Origin: an uncultured Pelagibacteraceae bacterium
Lineage (GTDB): Bacteria; Pseudomonadota; Alphaproteobacteria; Pelagibacterales; Pelagibacteraceae
NCBI GenBank assembly: GCA_902605645.1
Contig: CACLDE010000004.1
Coordinates: 8,718 to 72,717 of the forward strand
DNA length: 64,000 nt
Direction: 5' to 3'
Part shown: piece by piece, positions 14,386 to 24,667 of the stretch
How the letters are laid out: each line of letters begins with the position of its first letter
Numbering within the stretch: the stretch's first letter is position 1
The notes under the pieces: generated by a model
Database searches by the model: none
The model's input: only the letters and a program-made list of their open reading frames with translations
What the model was told of the DNA's origin: nothing
Made by a program: the position numbers and the translations under genes

Positions 14386-17367
14386 ATGACGGCGATAAAT
14401 AACGAGTGTCCATATATTTCAAAGAATAAAATAACTTTCTCTTTTGACGGCAAAACTTTTCCTGCTTTCGAAGGGGACACTGTGGCATCAGCTCTATTAA
14501 GAAATAATATTAGATTAGTTGGAAGAAGTTTTAAATATCATAGACCGAGAGGAATATATACCTGCGGTATTGAAGAACCTAATGCTTTGGTTCAAATTTT
14601 AAGTGAGCATAACGAGCCTAATACTAGGGCTACCGTAAAACGAATTTACGATGGGATTAAAATCTCTAGTCAAAATCGATGGCCATCCTTAAAATTTGAT
14701 TTAGGCGCCATAAATAACATTTTATCACCAATCTTTTCAGCGGGTTTTTATTACAAAACATTCATGGGTCCAAAGGGTTTTTGGAAAAATATTTACGAGC
14801 CATTAATTAGAAAATCAGCTGGGCTTGGAAAACCACCGAAAAACTTTAGATCAAAAAGTATTCATCAATATCATAATACAGATATTGTTATTATTGGAGG
14901 AGGATTAAGTGGTTTAATTGCTGCACGAAAATTTATTAATACTAAATACAAAGTTTTATTAATTGAGCAAGATAGTTTTTTAGGCGGCATATTAAAAAAT
15001 ACGAATAAAGTTGAAAGCATAAATGACAATAGCCCATCAGAATGGATTAAAGAAACTGAAGATTTGTTATCTAATTCCACAAACATTACTGTTCTCAAAA
15101 ATACATTGGTTACAACATATAATTTTACAAATCATTTAGTGGCACTTGAAGATAAGTTTTCAGGTAAAAAAATTGATTTAAATAAATCTGAACTTACTCT
15201 TCACAAAATAAGGACATCACAAACTATTTTATCTAATGGACATATTGAGAGATTTATTTCTTTTAGAAATAATGATTTACCTGGTGTGATGTTAGCTTCT
15301 TCTTTTGAAAAATATATTCATAGATATGGAGTTGTACCTGAAGAGAAACCAGTAATATTTACAAACAATTCTTCAACTTTTAGTCTGCTTAAGTCAATAA
15401 TTAGTTTAGGATGTAAACCACAAGCCTACATAGACTCAAGAAGAAAAGATGAAATTGAAAGTGAGATAAAAAAATTTTTAAAGACTAATAATATTTTATC
15501 TTACTTCGACGCTGAAGTTGAGGGATGTGACGGAAATAAAAAAATTGAAAAAATTACTGTTAGACAAGGAAAGAACTATTATAAAATTAATTCTTCAATG
15601 CTTTGTGTTTCGGGAGGTTTTAATCCTGATATACATTTATTTACCCAATCTAAAGGTTTAGTAAAGTGGGATAAACAAATAGCATCATTTAAACCAGATA
15701 CCTCTTTTCAAAAAACTGTAACATTAGGCTCTGTGAGTGGAAATTATAATTTCAAAAAATTATGTGATGAAATTGATGAAAAATTATCATTTTTAAAAAC
15801 TAAAAAATTAAATTTTGAAATAAAATTAAACGTTTCAAACAAATTTTCTGTGAAGGAATTGTGGGAAACAAAGAAGAAAAATAACTCAAATTGGTCAAAG
15901 ACTTTTATTGACTTACATAATGATGTAACAACAAAAGATTTGAAACAAGCAATTACGGAAGGCTTTGACCGTATAGAACATCTTAAAAGATATACAACCA
16001 ATAGCATGGGGACTGATCAAGGAAAAATTAGCAGTATTAATTCTTTAGCTATTGTCTCAAAGCTTTTAAAAAAAGAAATATCTGAAGTAGGAACAACTAC
16101 TTATAGACCGCCTTATGCTCCTTTAAGTTTTGCCGCAATAGCTGGCAGAAGTACATATGAATTTTACGACCCTGAGAGAAAAACCTCTATACACTCATGG
16201 CATTTGAAAAATAATGCAGTGTTTGAAGATGTAGGACAGTGGAAAAGACCTTGGTATTTCAAAGCATATAACAATGAGACTATGCATCAAGCAGTTCAGA
16301 GAGAGTCCAAAATATTAAGAGAAAGCGCTGGTATTTTAGATGGCAGTACGCTTGGAAAAATTGAAATTAAAGGAAGAGATGCCTTAGAGTTTATGAATCT
16401 TATGTACACAAACGCGTTTACAAAAATGAAACCTATGACATCAAGATATGCATTAATGCTAGGTGAAGATGGAATGATAAAAGATGATGGTATAATTTGT
16501 AAAATTAATGATCAACATTTTATAGCTACAACAACATCAAGTGGCGCTCCAAAGGTACTTGCAGATATGGAAGAATATTTGCAAACCGAATGGCCTCATC
16601 TTAAAGTTTATTTAAACTCAATTACAGAACAATTTTCCACATTTAATATCAGTGGACCAAAAACAAGAGATATTATGACTAGAGTATTTCCAAATATAGA
16701 TTTTAGCAATGAAGCTTTCCCATTCATGACTTTTAAAAACTTTGACTATCAAAACACTAAAATAAGAATAATGAGAGCAAGTTTTACCGGAGAGTTAGGT
16801 TATGAAATATACATTTCCCCAAAATATGGATTAGAATTATGGAAAAAAATTTTTTCTTGCGGTAAAGCTTTCAATTTAATTCCATACGGTACTGAAACAA
16901 TGCATTTATTGAGAGCAGAAAAAGGATACATCGTTATCGGACAAGAAACAGATGGAACTGTAACTCCAATAGATCTTAATTATAATTGGATGATAGGTAA
17001 AAATAAAAGGGACTTTATAGGCAAAAGATCACTTTCTAGACCTGACACTGCCAGAGATGACAGAAAACAACTTGTTGGTTTATCTCCAATAAATAAATCC
17101 GATACGATTGAAGAGGGTCAACATATTGTAGAAATTAACAAATTACCTAATAAAATTAAAAATCCTATTAAATATCTTGGCCATGTTTCTTCAAGCTATC
17201 ACAGTCCAAATTTGAATCAATCAATCGGTTTAGCAATGATAAAAGGTGGTAATAATTTACTTGGTCAAAAATTTTTTGTTACAGTATCAGGTAAAACCCA
17301 AAATATTCCTGTAGAAATCGTAAATCCAGTTTTTATTGATCCTGAAAACAAGAGGTTAACTTCATGA
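14386..17367 (+). CDS. soxA: Sarcosine oxidase subunit alpha
   Basis: GDTVASAL, RSFKYHRPRG, EHLKRYTT..MGTDQGK and a GcvT-like C-terminal domain. Confidence 0.95.
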   Translation: MTAINNECPYISKNKITFSFDGKTFPAFEGDTVASALLRNNIRLVGRSFKYHRPRGIYTCGIEEPNALVQILSEHNEPNTRATVKRIYDGIKISSQNRWPSLKFDLGAINNILSPIFSAGFYYKTFMGPKGFWKNIYEPLIRKSAGLGKPPKNFRSKSIHQYHNTDIVIIGGGLSGLIAARKFINTKYKVLLIEQDSFLGGILKNTNKVESINDNSPSEWIKETEDLLSNSTNITVLKNTLVTTYNFTNHLVALEDKFSGKKIDLNKSELTLHKIRTSQTILSNGHIERFISFRNNDLPGVMLASSFEKYIHRYGVVPEEKPVIFTNNSSTFSLLKSIISLGCKPQAYIDSRRKDEIESEIKKFLKTNNILSYFDAEVEGCDGNKKIEKITVRQGKNYYKINSSMLCVSGGFNPDIHLFTQSKGLVKWDKQIASFKPDTSFQKTVTLGSVSGNYNFKKLCDEIDEKLSFLKTKKLNFEIKLNVSNKFSVKELWETKKKNNSNWSKTFIDLHNDVTTKDLKQAITEGFDRIEHLKRYTTNSMGTDQGKISSINSLAIVSKLLKKEISEVGTTTYRPPYAPLSFAAIAGRSTYEFYDPERKTSIHSWHLKNNAVFEDVGQWKRPWYFKAYNNETMHQAVQRESKILRESAGILDGSTLGKIEIKGRDALEFMNLMYTNAFTKMKPMTSRYALMLGEDGMIKDDGIICKINDQHFIATTTSSGAPKVLADMEEYLQTEWPHLKVYLNSITEQFSTFNISGPKTRDIMTRVFPNIDFSNEAFPFMTFKNFDYQNTKIRIMRASFTGELGYEIYISPKYGLELWKKIFSCGKAFNLIPYGTETMHLLRAEKGYIVIGQETDGTVTPIDLNYNWMIGKNKRDFIGKRSLSRPDTARDDRKQLVGLSPINKSDTIEEGQHIVEINKLPNKIKNPIKYLGHVSSSYHSPNLNQSIGLAMIKGGNNLLGQKFFVTVSGKTQNIPVEIVNPVFIDPENKRLTS

Positions 17368-17897
17368 GTAAAATAGTTTCTTTACCAGGCGTTGAAATAA
17401 CTCAGAGAGACTTTCATCAAATTATTATAAGAGGAAATGGCTCTGAAACGTTTAATAATATTATCAAAGAAAAAACGTCTGTAAAACCTCCATTACGAAA
17501 TTTAGAAGTTAAATATGATGAGAATTTTGTATTTGGGAAAAATTCACCAGACCAATGGAGTTTAATATTCATCGATAAAAAAGAACATAATCAAATTAAT
17601 AATTTAGTTACATCAATAAATGTAAATGAAGATTTATTAGCTACAGATTGCTCATACGGACAAGTTTACTTTGAAATAGAGGGGAGTAACAAAGATGAAT
17701 TTTTAAATCAATTAACTCACTTTGACTTAAGAGAAAATAGATTCCCTAAATCCACTATGGCACAAACTATTGTTGCAAGAATAGATTGTTCAATTTATAA
17801 TTTAGGTAGCAAGTTAATTTTAACCTGCAATAAGTCATACGAAGATTATTTTCAAAAAAGATTAAAAGATACAGCTTTATTAAGTAACGCCTCTTGA
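17364..17897 (+). CDS. soxG: Sarcosine oxidase subunit gamma
   Basis: SPDQW and DLRENRF...AQT motifs; overlaps the soxA stop. Confidence 0.8.
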   Translation: MSKIVSLPGVEITQRDFHQIIIRGNGSETFNNIIKEKTSVKPPLRNLEVKYDENFVFGKNSPDQWSLIFIDKKEHNQINNLVTSINVNEDLLATDCSYGQVYFEIEGSNKDEFLNQLTHFDLRENRFPKSTMAQTIVARIDCSIYNLGSKLILTCNKSYEDYFQKRLKDTALLSNAS

Positions 17898-18791
17898 ATA
17901 CCTAAACATTTTACGTCTAGTATTTAAACCATAGTAAATAATAGAAAAAGTCATAAATGTACCACCTATTAATGTATTCACACTTGGCACCTCATTAATT
18001 CCAAACAAGGGTAACCAAACCCAAAAAATTCCAGCCAAAACCTCAGTTAGAGATAACAAAGTTAATTCAGCAGCTGGTAAAAATTTTGATTTCAAAGAAT
18101 ATAATATTAATCCTGAGCAAACTAAAAACCCATGTAAAGAAGATAGAGATGAGTTTTTGAATGAAATAAAAATATTATCACCTTTAAAAATCAGAACTAT
18201 TATTGCAACGAGGGTGCAGAAAAGACCACCCATTGCAACGGTTGTTAATTTTGGAGTATTCTTTCGCCATCTAAGAGTAACTGTATATCCTGCAAATCCA
18301 AGTGAAGATAATAGTCCATTTATTAAACCAAACAATGTACCACCATTCTTACTATCAAATGACATGAAAATTATTCCTATAGCTGCTATTGAAATTGAAA
18401 TTAATGTTGGTTTTGATATTTTTTCTTTTAAAAAAATATAAGCTAAAATTGATGCTAAAAAAGGCATTGCAGCTAGCATTAATAAAGTTATTGCCGCTTC
18501 AGTTGCTATTATTGAAAGAATAAATGTAACTTTTGCAATACCCAAACTTATACCACCTATAAATCCAGATATTCCTATTTTACTATAATTCTTTATAAAT
18601 TTTTTACCTTCAATCAAAAACAAATAAATATTTAAAACTAAAAAAATTACTGAACCTCTAAAAAATAAATACTGCCAAGCAATTAATTCTGCTCCATCAA
18701 TGTTTCTTACAACAAGTGGCCCAAAAGACCAAAAGATACCTGCTATCAAAACTACGATAGCAGCGGGACTATTTTCTAAGATTTTCAACAT
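17880..18791 (-). CDS. DMT/EamA family transporter
   Basis: Hydrophobic, duplicated EamA pattern; ATG 18791 preferred (alternative TTG 18803). Confidence 0.82.
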   Translation of the reverse strand: MLKILENSPAAIVVLIAGIFWSFGPLVVRNIDGAELIAWQYLFFRGSVIFLVLNIYLFLIEGKKFIKNYSKIGISGFIGGISLGIAKVTFILSIIATEAAITLLMLAAMPFLASILAYIFLKEKISKPTLISISIAAIGIIFMSFDSKNGGTLFGLINGLLSSLGFAGYTVTLRWRKNTPKLTTVAMGGLFCTLVAIIVLIFKGDNIFISFKNSSLSSLHGFLVCSGLILYSLKSKFLPAAELTLLSLTEVLAGIFWVWLPLFGINEVPSVNTLIGGTFMTFSIIYYGLNTRRKMFRYSRGVT

Positions 18792-18837
18792 TTTGGAAAG
18801 CAATTATGCTTTCTTTAGGATAAATGCAATAGTTAAT

Positions 18838-20445
18838 TTACATATTTCCGTACTTGGGACCACCACCACCTTCAGGGGTAACCCAAACAATATTTTGGGA
18901 AGGCTCTTTAATATCACAAGTTTTACAATGGATGCAGTTTTGTGAGTTAATCACAAATTTTTCCTGCTGAATTTCGTAAACACCAACAGGACAATATCTT
19001 TTAGCCGGTTCATCGTACTTTTGAAGAGTGTATTTAATTGGTAATTCTGGATCTTTAAGCTTTAAATGCACAGGTTGATTTTCGGTATGGTTAGTTCCAG
19101 TAAGATAAACTGAACTTGTTTTGTCAAAAGTTAACTTGCCATCAGGTTTTGGATAATCAATCTTAGGCATTTGATCTGCAGGTTTTAAGGCTTCATGGTC
19201 AGCATGTTTATGTTTTAAAGTAAATGGTAGCTTTCCTCTAAAAAGTATCTGGTCAATACCTGTAAAAATAATACCCATTATTAAACCCCAACTAAAACTT
19301 GGTTTAACATTTCTTGCTGCGTATAACTCTTTGTAAACCCAACTTTCTTTGAATTTTTTTTTATATATAGATAGATCTACTTTATTTTTGACGTGCTCTA
19401 CTATTGTTTCAGCTGCAATTATTCCACTTTTCATTGCTGTATGAGAGCCTTTAATCTTTGGCATGTTCAAAGTTCCAGCATCACAACCAATTAGCAGCGC
19501 TCCTGGCATATACATTTTGGGTAAACTTTGGATACCACCTTCTATTAAAGCTCTAGCTCCAAAAGAAATTCTTTTACCTCCTTCAAACATTTTTCTTATT
19601 GATGGATGAGTTTTAAATCTTTGAAATTCATCAAAAGGAGAAAGATGTGGATTTTGATAATCTAAACCAATTACGTATCCTAAATAAATTTGTCTATTTT
19701 CTGCGTGGTATATAAAGCTTCCTCCATAAGTGTTTTTATCTAATGGCCACCCAGCGGTATGCATAACTAATCCTTCTTGGTGCTGCTGCTCACTTACTTC
19801 CCATATTTCTTTTAAACCAATACCGTACTGCTGTGGACTTTTTCCCTCATCTAAATTAAATTTCTTTATCAATTGTTTACCTAAATGACCTCTGCAACCT
19901 TCTGAAAAAACTGTAACTTTTGCATGTAAATCCATACCCTCTTGAAAGGTATCTTTTTTATTACCCTCTTTATCTAAACCCATATCTTGTGTTGCAACAC
20001 CTTTTACAGATCCGTCTTCATTATATAAAACTTCACTCGCAGGAAATCCTGGAAATATCTCTACGCCAAGCTTTTCAGCTTGTTCAGCAAGCCAACGGCA
20101 AAGATTAGCTAAACTAATAATATAATTTTTATGATTTTTTTGAACAGCTGGTAAAAGCCATGTCGGCCAACTTAATGAAAAATTTTTCCCAAGAAATAAA
20201 AATTTTTCATTGCTTACTTTTGTTTTAATTGGAGCATTCTCATTTTTCCAATTGGGCAATAATTCATCAAGAGCCTGTGTTTCAAATACGTTACCACTTA
20301 AAATATGAGCACCTACTTCAGATCCTTTTTCAAGAATACAAACGCTCAAATTTGGATCGAGTTGTTTAAGTTTTATTGCTGTAGTTAAACCTGCTGGTCC
20401 TGCACCAACAATAACCACATCATATTCCATTGCTTCTCTTGCCAT
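18838..20445 (-). CDS. Electron transfer flavoprotein-ubiquinone oxidoreductase
   Basis: GAGPAGL, EKGSEVGAHILSG, KIKGSHTAMKSG and CIHCKTCDIKEP motifs. Confidence 0.96.
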   Translation of the reverse strand: MAREAMEYDVVIVGAGPAGLTTAIKLKQLDPNLSVCILEKGSEVGAHILSGNVFETQALDELLPNWKNENAPIKTKVSNEKFLFLGKNFSLSWPTWLLPAVQKNHKNYIISLANLCRWLAEQAEKLGVEIFPGFPASEVLYNEDGSVKGVATQDMGLDKEGNKKDTFQEGMDLHAKVTVFSEGCRGHLGKQLIKKFNLDEGKSPQQYGIGLKEIWEVSEQQHQEGLVMHTAGWPLDKNTYGGSFIYHAENRQIYLGYVIGLDYQNPHLSPFDEFQRFKTHPSIRKMFEGGKRISFGARALIEGGIQSLPKMYMPGALLIGCDAGTLNMPKIKGSHTAMKSGIIAAETIVEHVKNKVDLSIYKKKFKESWVYKELYAARNVKPSFSWGLIMGIIFTGIDQILFRGKLPFTLKHKHADHEALKPADQMPKIDYPKPDGKLTFDKTSSVYLTGTNHTENQPVHLKLKDPELPIKYTLQKYDEPAKRYCPVGVYEIQQEKFVINSQNCIHCKTCDIKEPSQNIVWVTPEGGGGPKYGNM

Positions 20446-20466
20446 GGAATTACTATATCAAACTAG

Positions 20467-21420
20467 TTATTTTTGGATAGTATTCAGTTTGTTCAACTCA
20501 GCCAAAAATTCTGGAAGAGCCTTAAATAAATCTGCTTCTAAACCGTAGTCAGCAACACTAAAAATAGGTGCTTCACCATCTTTATTAATTGCGACAATTA
20601 TTTTGCTCTCTTTCATACCAGCGAGGTGTTGAATCGCACCCGAGATTCCGACAGCAATATATAAATCAGGCACTACTACTTTTCCTGTTTGACCGACTTG
20701 ATGGTCATTACTTATATAACCAGCGTCAACTGCAGCTCGGGACGCTCCTACTGCAGCATTAAGTTTATCTGCTATATCTGTAATTAATTTAAAATTTTCC
20801 CCACTTTCTAAACCTCTACCACCTGACACAACTACTCTTGCTGTTCCAAGTTCTGGTCTTTCCGATTTTGTTTCTTCTCTCTTTATAAATTTTGAAATAT
20901 TTGGCACATCTACTGCTTCTATTTTTTCAATTTCCGAAGATCCACCAGTTTTTTCAGCAGCCTCAAAAGAAGTTGGCCTGATAGTTATACATTTCTTTTT
21001 GTCATTACTTTTTACTGTTGCAAAAGCATTACCAGCGTAAATAGGTCTTACAAAAGTATCAGGACTAGAAATTTTGATAATATCACTTACTTGTGAAATA
21101 TCTAACGCCGCTGCAACTCTTGGCATAAAATTTTTTCCAAAAGTATTTGCCGACGCTACCACATGTTCATATTTTTCTGCAGTCTTTGTTACTAATGGCG
21201 CTAAGTTCTCAGGAAGATAATCTTTATAGTTAGGTGAGTCACACCACAAAACTTTTTTTACTAAAGGCACACTCGCAACCTCTTTAGATACGTTTTCACA
21301 ATTTGATCCAGCTACTAAAACATGAACATCGCTATCGATCTTAGATGCTGCAGTAATCGCATTTAATGTAAATGGTTTCAATTTTGAGTTATCATGTTCT
21401 GCTATTAATAATACTGACAT
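20467..21420 (-). CDS. etfA: Electron transfer flavoprotein subunit alpha
   Basis: [21 protein letters not shown] and [12 protein letters not shown] motifs. Confidence 0.97.
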   Translation of the reverse strand: MSVLLIAEHDNSKLKPFTLNAITAASKIDSDVHVLVAGSNCENVSKEVASVPLVKKVLWCDSPNYKDYLPENLAPLVTKTAEKYEHVVASANTFGKNFMPRVAAALDISQVSDIIKISSPDTFVRPIYAGNAFATVKSNDKKKCITIRPTSFEAAEKTGGSSEIEKIEAVDVPNISKFIKREETKSERPELGTARVVVSGGRGLESGENFKLITDIADKLNAAVGASRAAVDAGYISNDHQVGQTGKVVVPDLYIAVGISGAIQHLAGMKESKIIVAINKDGEAPIFSVADYGLEADLFKALPEFLAELNKLNTIQK

Positions 21421-22169
21421 TATAGTACCTTAGCCTCATTTTTAAGTTTACTTACTAATTCAGCAACGTTTGCGACTTTAATACCAGCTTTCCTTTTAGG
21501 TGGCTCTTCTACTTTAATTTGTTGAATTCTATTTGTAAGATCTAAACCTAAATCTTTCGCATTTATTTGCTCCATAGGTTTCTTTTTTGCTTTCATGATA
21601 TTAGGAAGAGACGCAAACCTTGGTTCATTTAATCTTAAATCACAAGAAACTACAGCTGGTAAATTAACTTCTATAGTTTCAAGCCCCTCATCAATTTCTC
21701 TTATTATTTCTACAGATTTATCTTTTAAATTAACTTTAGATGTAAATGTTGCTTGAGGCCAGTTTAGCATTGCTGCTAACATTTGACCTGTTTGATTACA
21801 ATCATCATCAATTGCCTGTTTACCCAAGAAAACCATATCTGGTTTTTCTTTCTCTACAATTTTTTTTAATATTTTTGCTATACCTAACGGCTCTATATAG
21901 TTATCAGCTTTAACATGAATTCCTTTATCAGCTCCTATTGCCAATGCTTTTCTAATAGTTTCTTGAGCTTTATCTTCACCAATTGAAATAGCGATCACCT
22001 CTTTTACTTTTCCAGATTCTTTAAGTTTTACTGACTCTTCCACAGCATTATCATCGGGTGGGTTAGTTGACATTTTTACATTATCTGTATGAACACCAGA
22101 GCCGTCCTCTTTAACTCTAATTTGAACGTTGTAATCAATCACTCTTTTTACTGCTACAAGTATTTTCAT
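21420..22169 (-). CDS. etfB: Electron transfer flavoprotein subunit beta
   Basis: [14 protein letters not shown] and [19 protein letters not shown] motifs. Confidence 0.97.
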   Translation of the reverse strand: MKILVAVKRVIDYNVQIRVKEDGSGVHTDNVKMSTNPPDDNAVEESVKLKESGKVKEVIAISIGEDKAQETIRKALAIGADKGIHVKADNYIEPLGIAKILKKIVEKEKPDMVFLGKQAIDDDCNQTGQMLAAMLNWPQATFTSKVNLKDKSVEIIREIDEGLETIEVNLPAVVSCDLRLNEPRFASLPNIMKAKKKPMEQINAKDLGLDLTNRIQQIKVEEPPKRKAGIKVANVAELVSKLKNEAKVL

Positions 22170-24602
22170 TTAGGCTCTGAGTAATTTATTTTCAGCATCA
22201 TACGGAGAGTCTTCAACGATTGAAGCCTCGTGCATTTTACCAAGGATATCAATTTTTAATTTTTTACCAACTTTAGCTAATTCAGGTTTTACCATCCCTA
22301 AAGCTATTGATTTATTTAATCTAAATCCGAAATCACCACCAGTTGCTCTACCTACGACTGATCCGTTATCATAAATAGGATTGTTTCCTAACACATCAGC
22401 ATCTGTAACACCATGAATCTCCATAGTTACTAATTTATTTGAAAAGCCTTTTGCTCTCCATTTGTCTAATGCCGCACGACCAATAAAATCTCCTTTATTA
22501 GGATGAATAAATCTATCTAAACCAGATTCGTATGGAGAGTATTCAATTGATAATTCTGTACCCACAAGTTTATAAGATTTCTCTAATCTCAAACTATTCA
22601 TCGCTCTTACACCGTAAGGTTTTATACCAAATTCTTTTCCAGCCTCCATAAGCTGATCAAATATATGATTTTGGTATTCAATTGGGTGATGTAACTCCCA
22701 ACCTAATTCACCAACAAAGTTAACTCTCATTGCGTTACATGGCGCTAAACCAATATTAATGTTTTGTGCACTTAACCATTTAAATCGCTCGTTAGAAAAA
22801 TCTGATCGTGAAACTTTCTGCATTAGTTGTCTAGCTTTTGGTCCAGTAACAACTAAAACTCCCATACTATTAGTTAAATTTTCATACTGTACCGTTCCAT
22901 CTTCAGGCATCCACTTATGTATCCAATCATGATCAAGTCTTTGGTAGGCACCTGCTGAAACTAAATAAAAACTATCTTCTGCTTCTCTCATAATTGTAAA
23001 TTCTGAGTGAACGCCACCTTTTGTATTTAAAGCATGACATAGATTTATTCTTCCTATTTTTTTTGGCAATTTATTAGCAACTAGTTTGTCTAAAAATTCT
23101 TCTGCTCCAGGCCCCTTAATTCTACATTTCCCAAATGCAGTCATATCAAGTAATCCCACATTCTCTTTTACATTTTTACATTCTCGCTCGACATTTTTAA
23201 ACCACTTAGATCTTCTAAAAGACCAATCGTCTTCTTGTTTCTCTCCTTTGTCTGCGAAAAAGTTAGCTCGCTCCCAGCCAAATTTTGATCCAAAAACTGC
23301 TCCAAGGTTTTTCAATCTATCGTAACAAGGTGCTTGTCTTAGAGGCCTACCAGCCTCACGTTCTTCATCAGGATAATGAACAGTAAATACATTTGCATAA
23401 GCCTCTTCATTCTTTGCTTTTAAATAAGATTTTGTAACGTATGCACCATATCTTCTCGGTTCAACGCCTAGCATGTCTATTGTTGGTTCTCCGTCTATTA
23501 TCCACTCAGCTAATTGCCATCCAGCTCCGCCTGCTGCAGTAATACCAAAACTATGTCCTTCATTAATCCAAAAGTTTTTTAAACCCCAGGCAGGTCCAAC
23601 AATTGGATTTCCATCAGGAGTATAAGCGATCGCTCCGTTGTAAACTTTTTTAACTCCAACTTCACCGAATGCTGGCACTCTTTTAATTGCTCCCTCTATA
23701 TGCGGAGCTAATCTGTCTAAATCTTCTTGAAATAATTCATACTCACTATCTTTTGAAGGTCCATCTACATAACAACATGGCGCTCCTTTTTCATATGGAC
23801 CGAGTAATAATCCGCCAGCTTCTTCTCTCATGTACCAAGAATTATCACTATCTCTTAAAACTCCCATTTCTGGTTTACCTTCTTTTTTTCTTTTTTGAAT
23901 TTCTGGATGTGGTTCAGTTACTATATATTGGTGTTCGACCGGCATAACTGGAACTTCTAATCCTACCATTCTTCCTGTTTGTCTTGCAAAGTTACCACTA
24001 CAAGAAACTACATGTTCGCAAGTTATATCCCCTTTATCTGTCTGAACTACCCATCCGTCTTTAGTTTGCTTTATTCCTGAGACAGTTGTGTTTCTATAAA
24101 TTTCTGCACCATGATTTCTTGCACCAGTTGCCATAGCTTGTGTCAAATCTGCTGGCTGAATATACCCATCTTCTGGGTGTTGAATTGCTCCAACTAAACC
24201 TTCAATATTACACAATGGCCAAATCTCTTTTACTTGCTCAGGTTTTAAAAATTTTACGTCAACGCCAATTGTTTTAGCTACACCAGCATATTGGTGGTAT
24301 TCATCCATCCTATCTTGAGTTTGAGCTAAACGTATATTAGAGACAACACTAAATCCTACGTTCTTTCCAGTTTCTTTTTCTAAAGATTTATAAAGTTGAA
24401 CAGCATATCTATGAAGCTGTCCCACAGAATAACTCATATTAAATAAAGGCAACAATCCAGCTGCGTGCCAAGTAGATCCAGATGTAAGTTCTTTTCGTTC
24501 AATAAGAACTACGTCAGACCAACCTTTTTTAGCTAAATGATAAAGCGTGCTGACACCTACAACACCACCTCCAACAACAACTACTTTAGCTTTTGATTTC
24601 AT
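22170..24602 (-). CDS. Dimethylglycine/sarcosine dehydrogenase-like flavoprotein (DAO + GcvT domains)
   Basis: GSTWHAAG flavinylation motif, YTPDGNP and LRLEKSY; abuts etfB. Confidence 0.9.
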   Translation of the reverse strand: MKSKAKVVVVGGGVVGVSTLYHLAKKGWSDVVLIERKELTSGSTWHAAGLLPLFNMSYSVGQLHRYAVQLYKSLEKETGKNVGFSVVSNIRLAQTQDRMDEYHQYAGVAKTIGVDVKFLKPEQVKEIWPLCNIEGLVGAIQHPEDGYIQPADLTQAMATGARNHGAEIYRNTTVSGIKQTKDGWVVQTDKGDITCEHVVSCSGNFARQTGRMVGLEVPVMPVEHQYIVTEPHPEIQKRKKEGKPEMGVLRDSDNSWYMREEAGGLLLGPYEKGAPCCYVDGPSKDSEYELFQEDLDRLAPHIEGAIKRVPAFGEVGVKKVYNGAIAYTPDGNPIVGPAWGLKNFWINEGHSFGITAAGGAGWQLAEWIIDGEPTIDMLGVEPRRYGAYVTKSYLKAKNEEAYANVFTVHYPDEEREAGRPLRQAPCYDRLKNLGAVFGSKFGWERANFFADKGEKQEDDWSFRRSKWFKNVERECKNVKENVGLLDMTAFGKCRIKGPGAEEFLDKLVANKLPKKIGRINLCHALNTKGGVHSEFTIMREAEDSFYLVSAGAYQRLDHDWIHKWMPEDGTVQYENLTNSMGVLVVTGPKARQLMQKVSRSDFSNERFKWLSAQNINIGLAPCNAMRVNFVGELGWELHHPIEYQNHIFDQLMEAGKEFGIKPYGVRAMNSLRLEKSYKLVGTELSIEYSPYESGLDRFIHPNKGDFIGRAALDKWRAKGFSNKLVTMEIHGVTDADVLGNNPIYDNGSVVGRATGGDFGFRLNKSIALGMVKPELAKVGKKLKIDILGKMHEASIVEDSPYDAENKLLRA

Positions 24603-24616
24603 AGAATTAAGATAAA

Positions 24617-24645
24617 TATTATTTTGAAGTCATTTAGACGTCAAG
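24617..24645 (-). promoter_or_regulatory. Sigma70 promoter of the DMGDH-etfBA unit
   Basis: Minus strand TTGACG-17 nt-TAATAT, 14 nt before the ATG, no SD. Confidence 0.6.
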
Positions 24646-24667
24646 TAAATCTGGTCAAACTTAAAAG

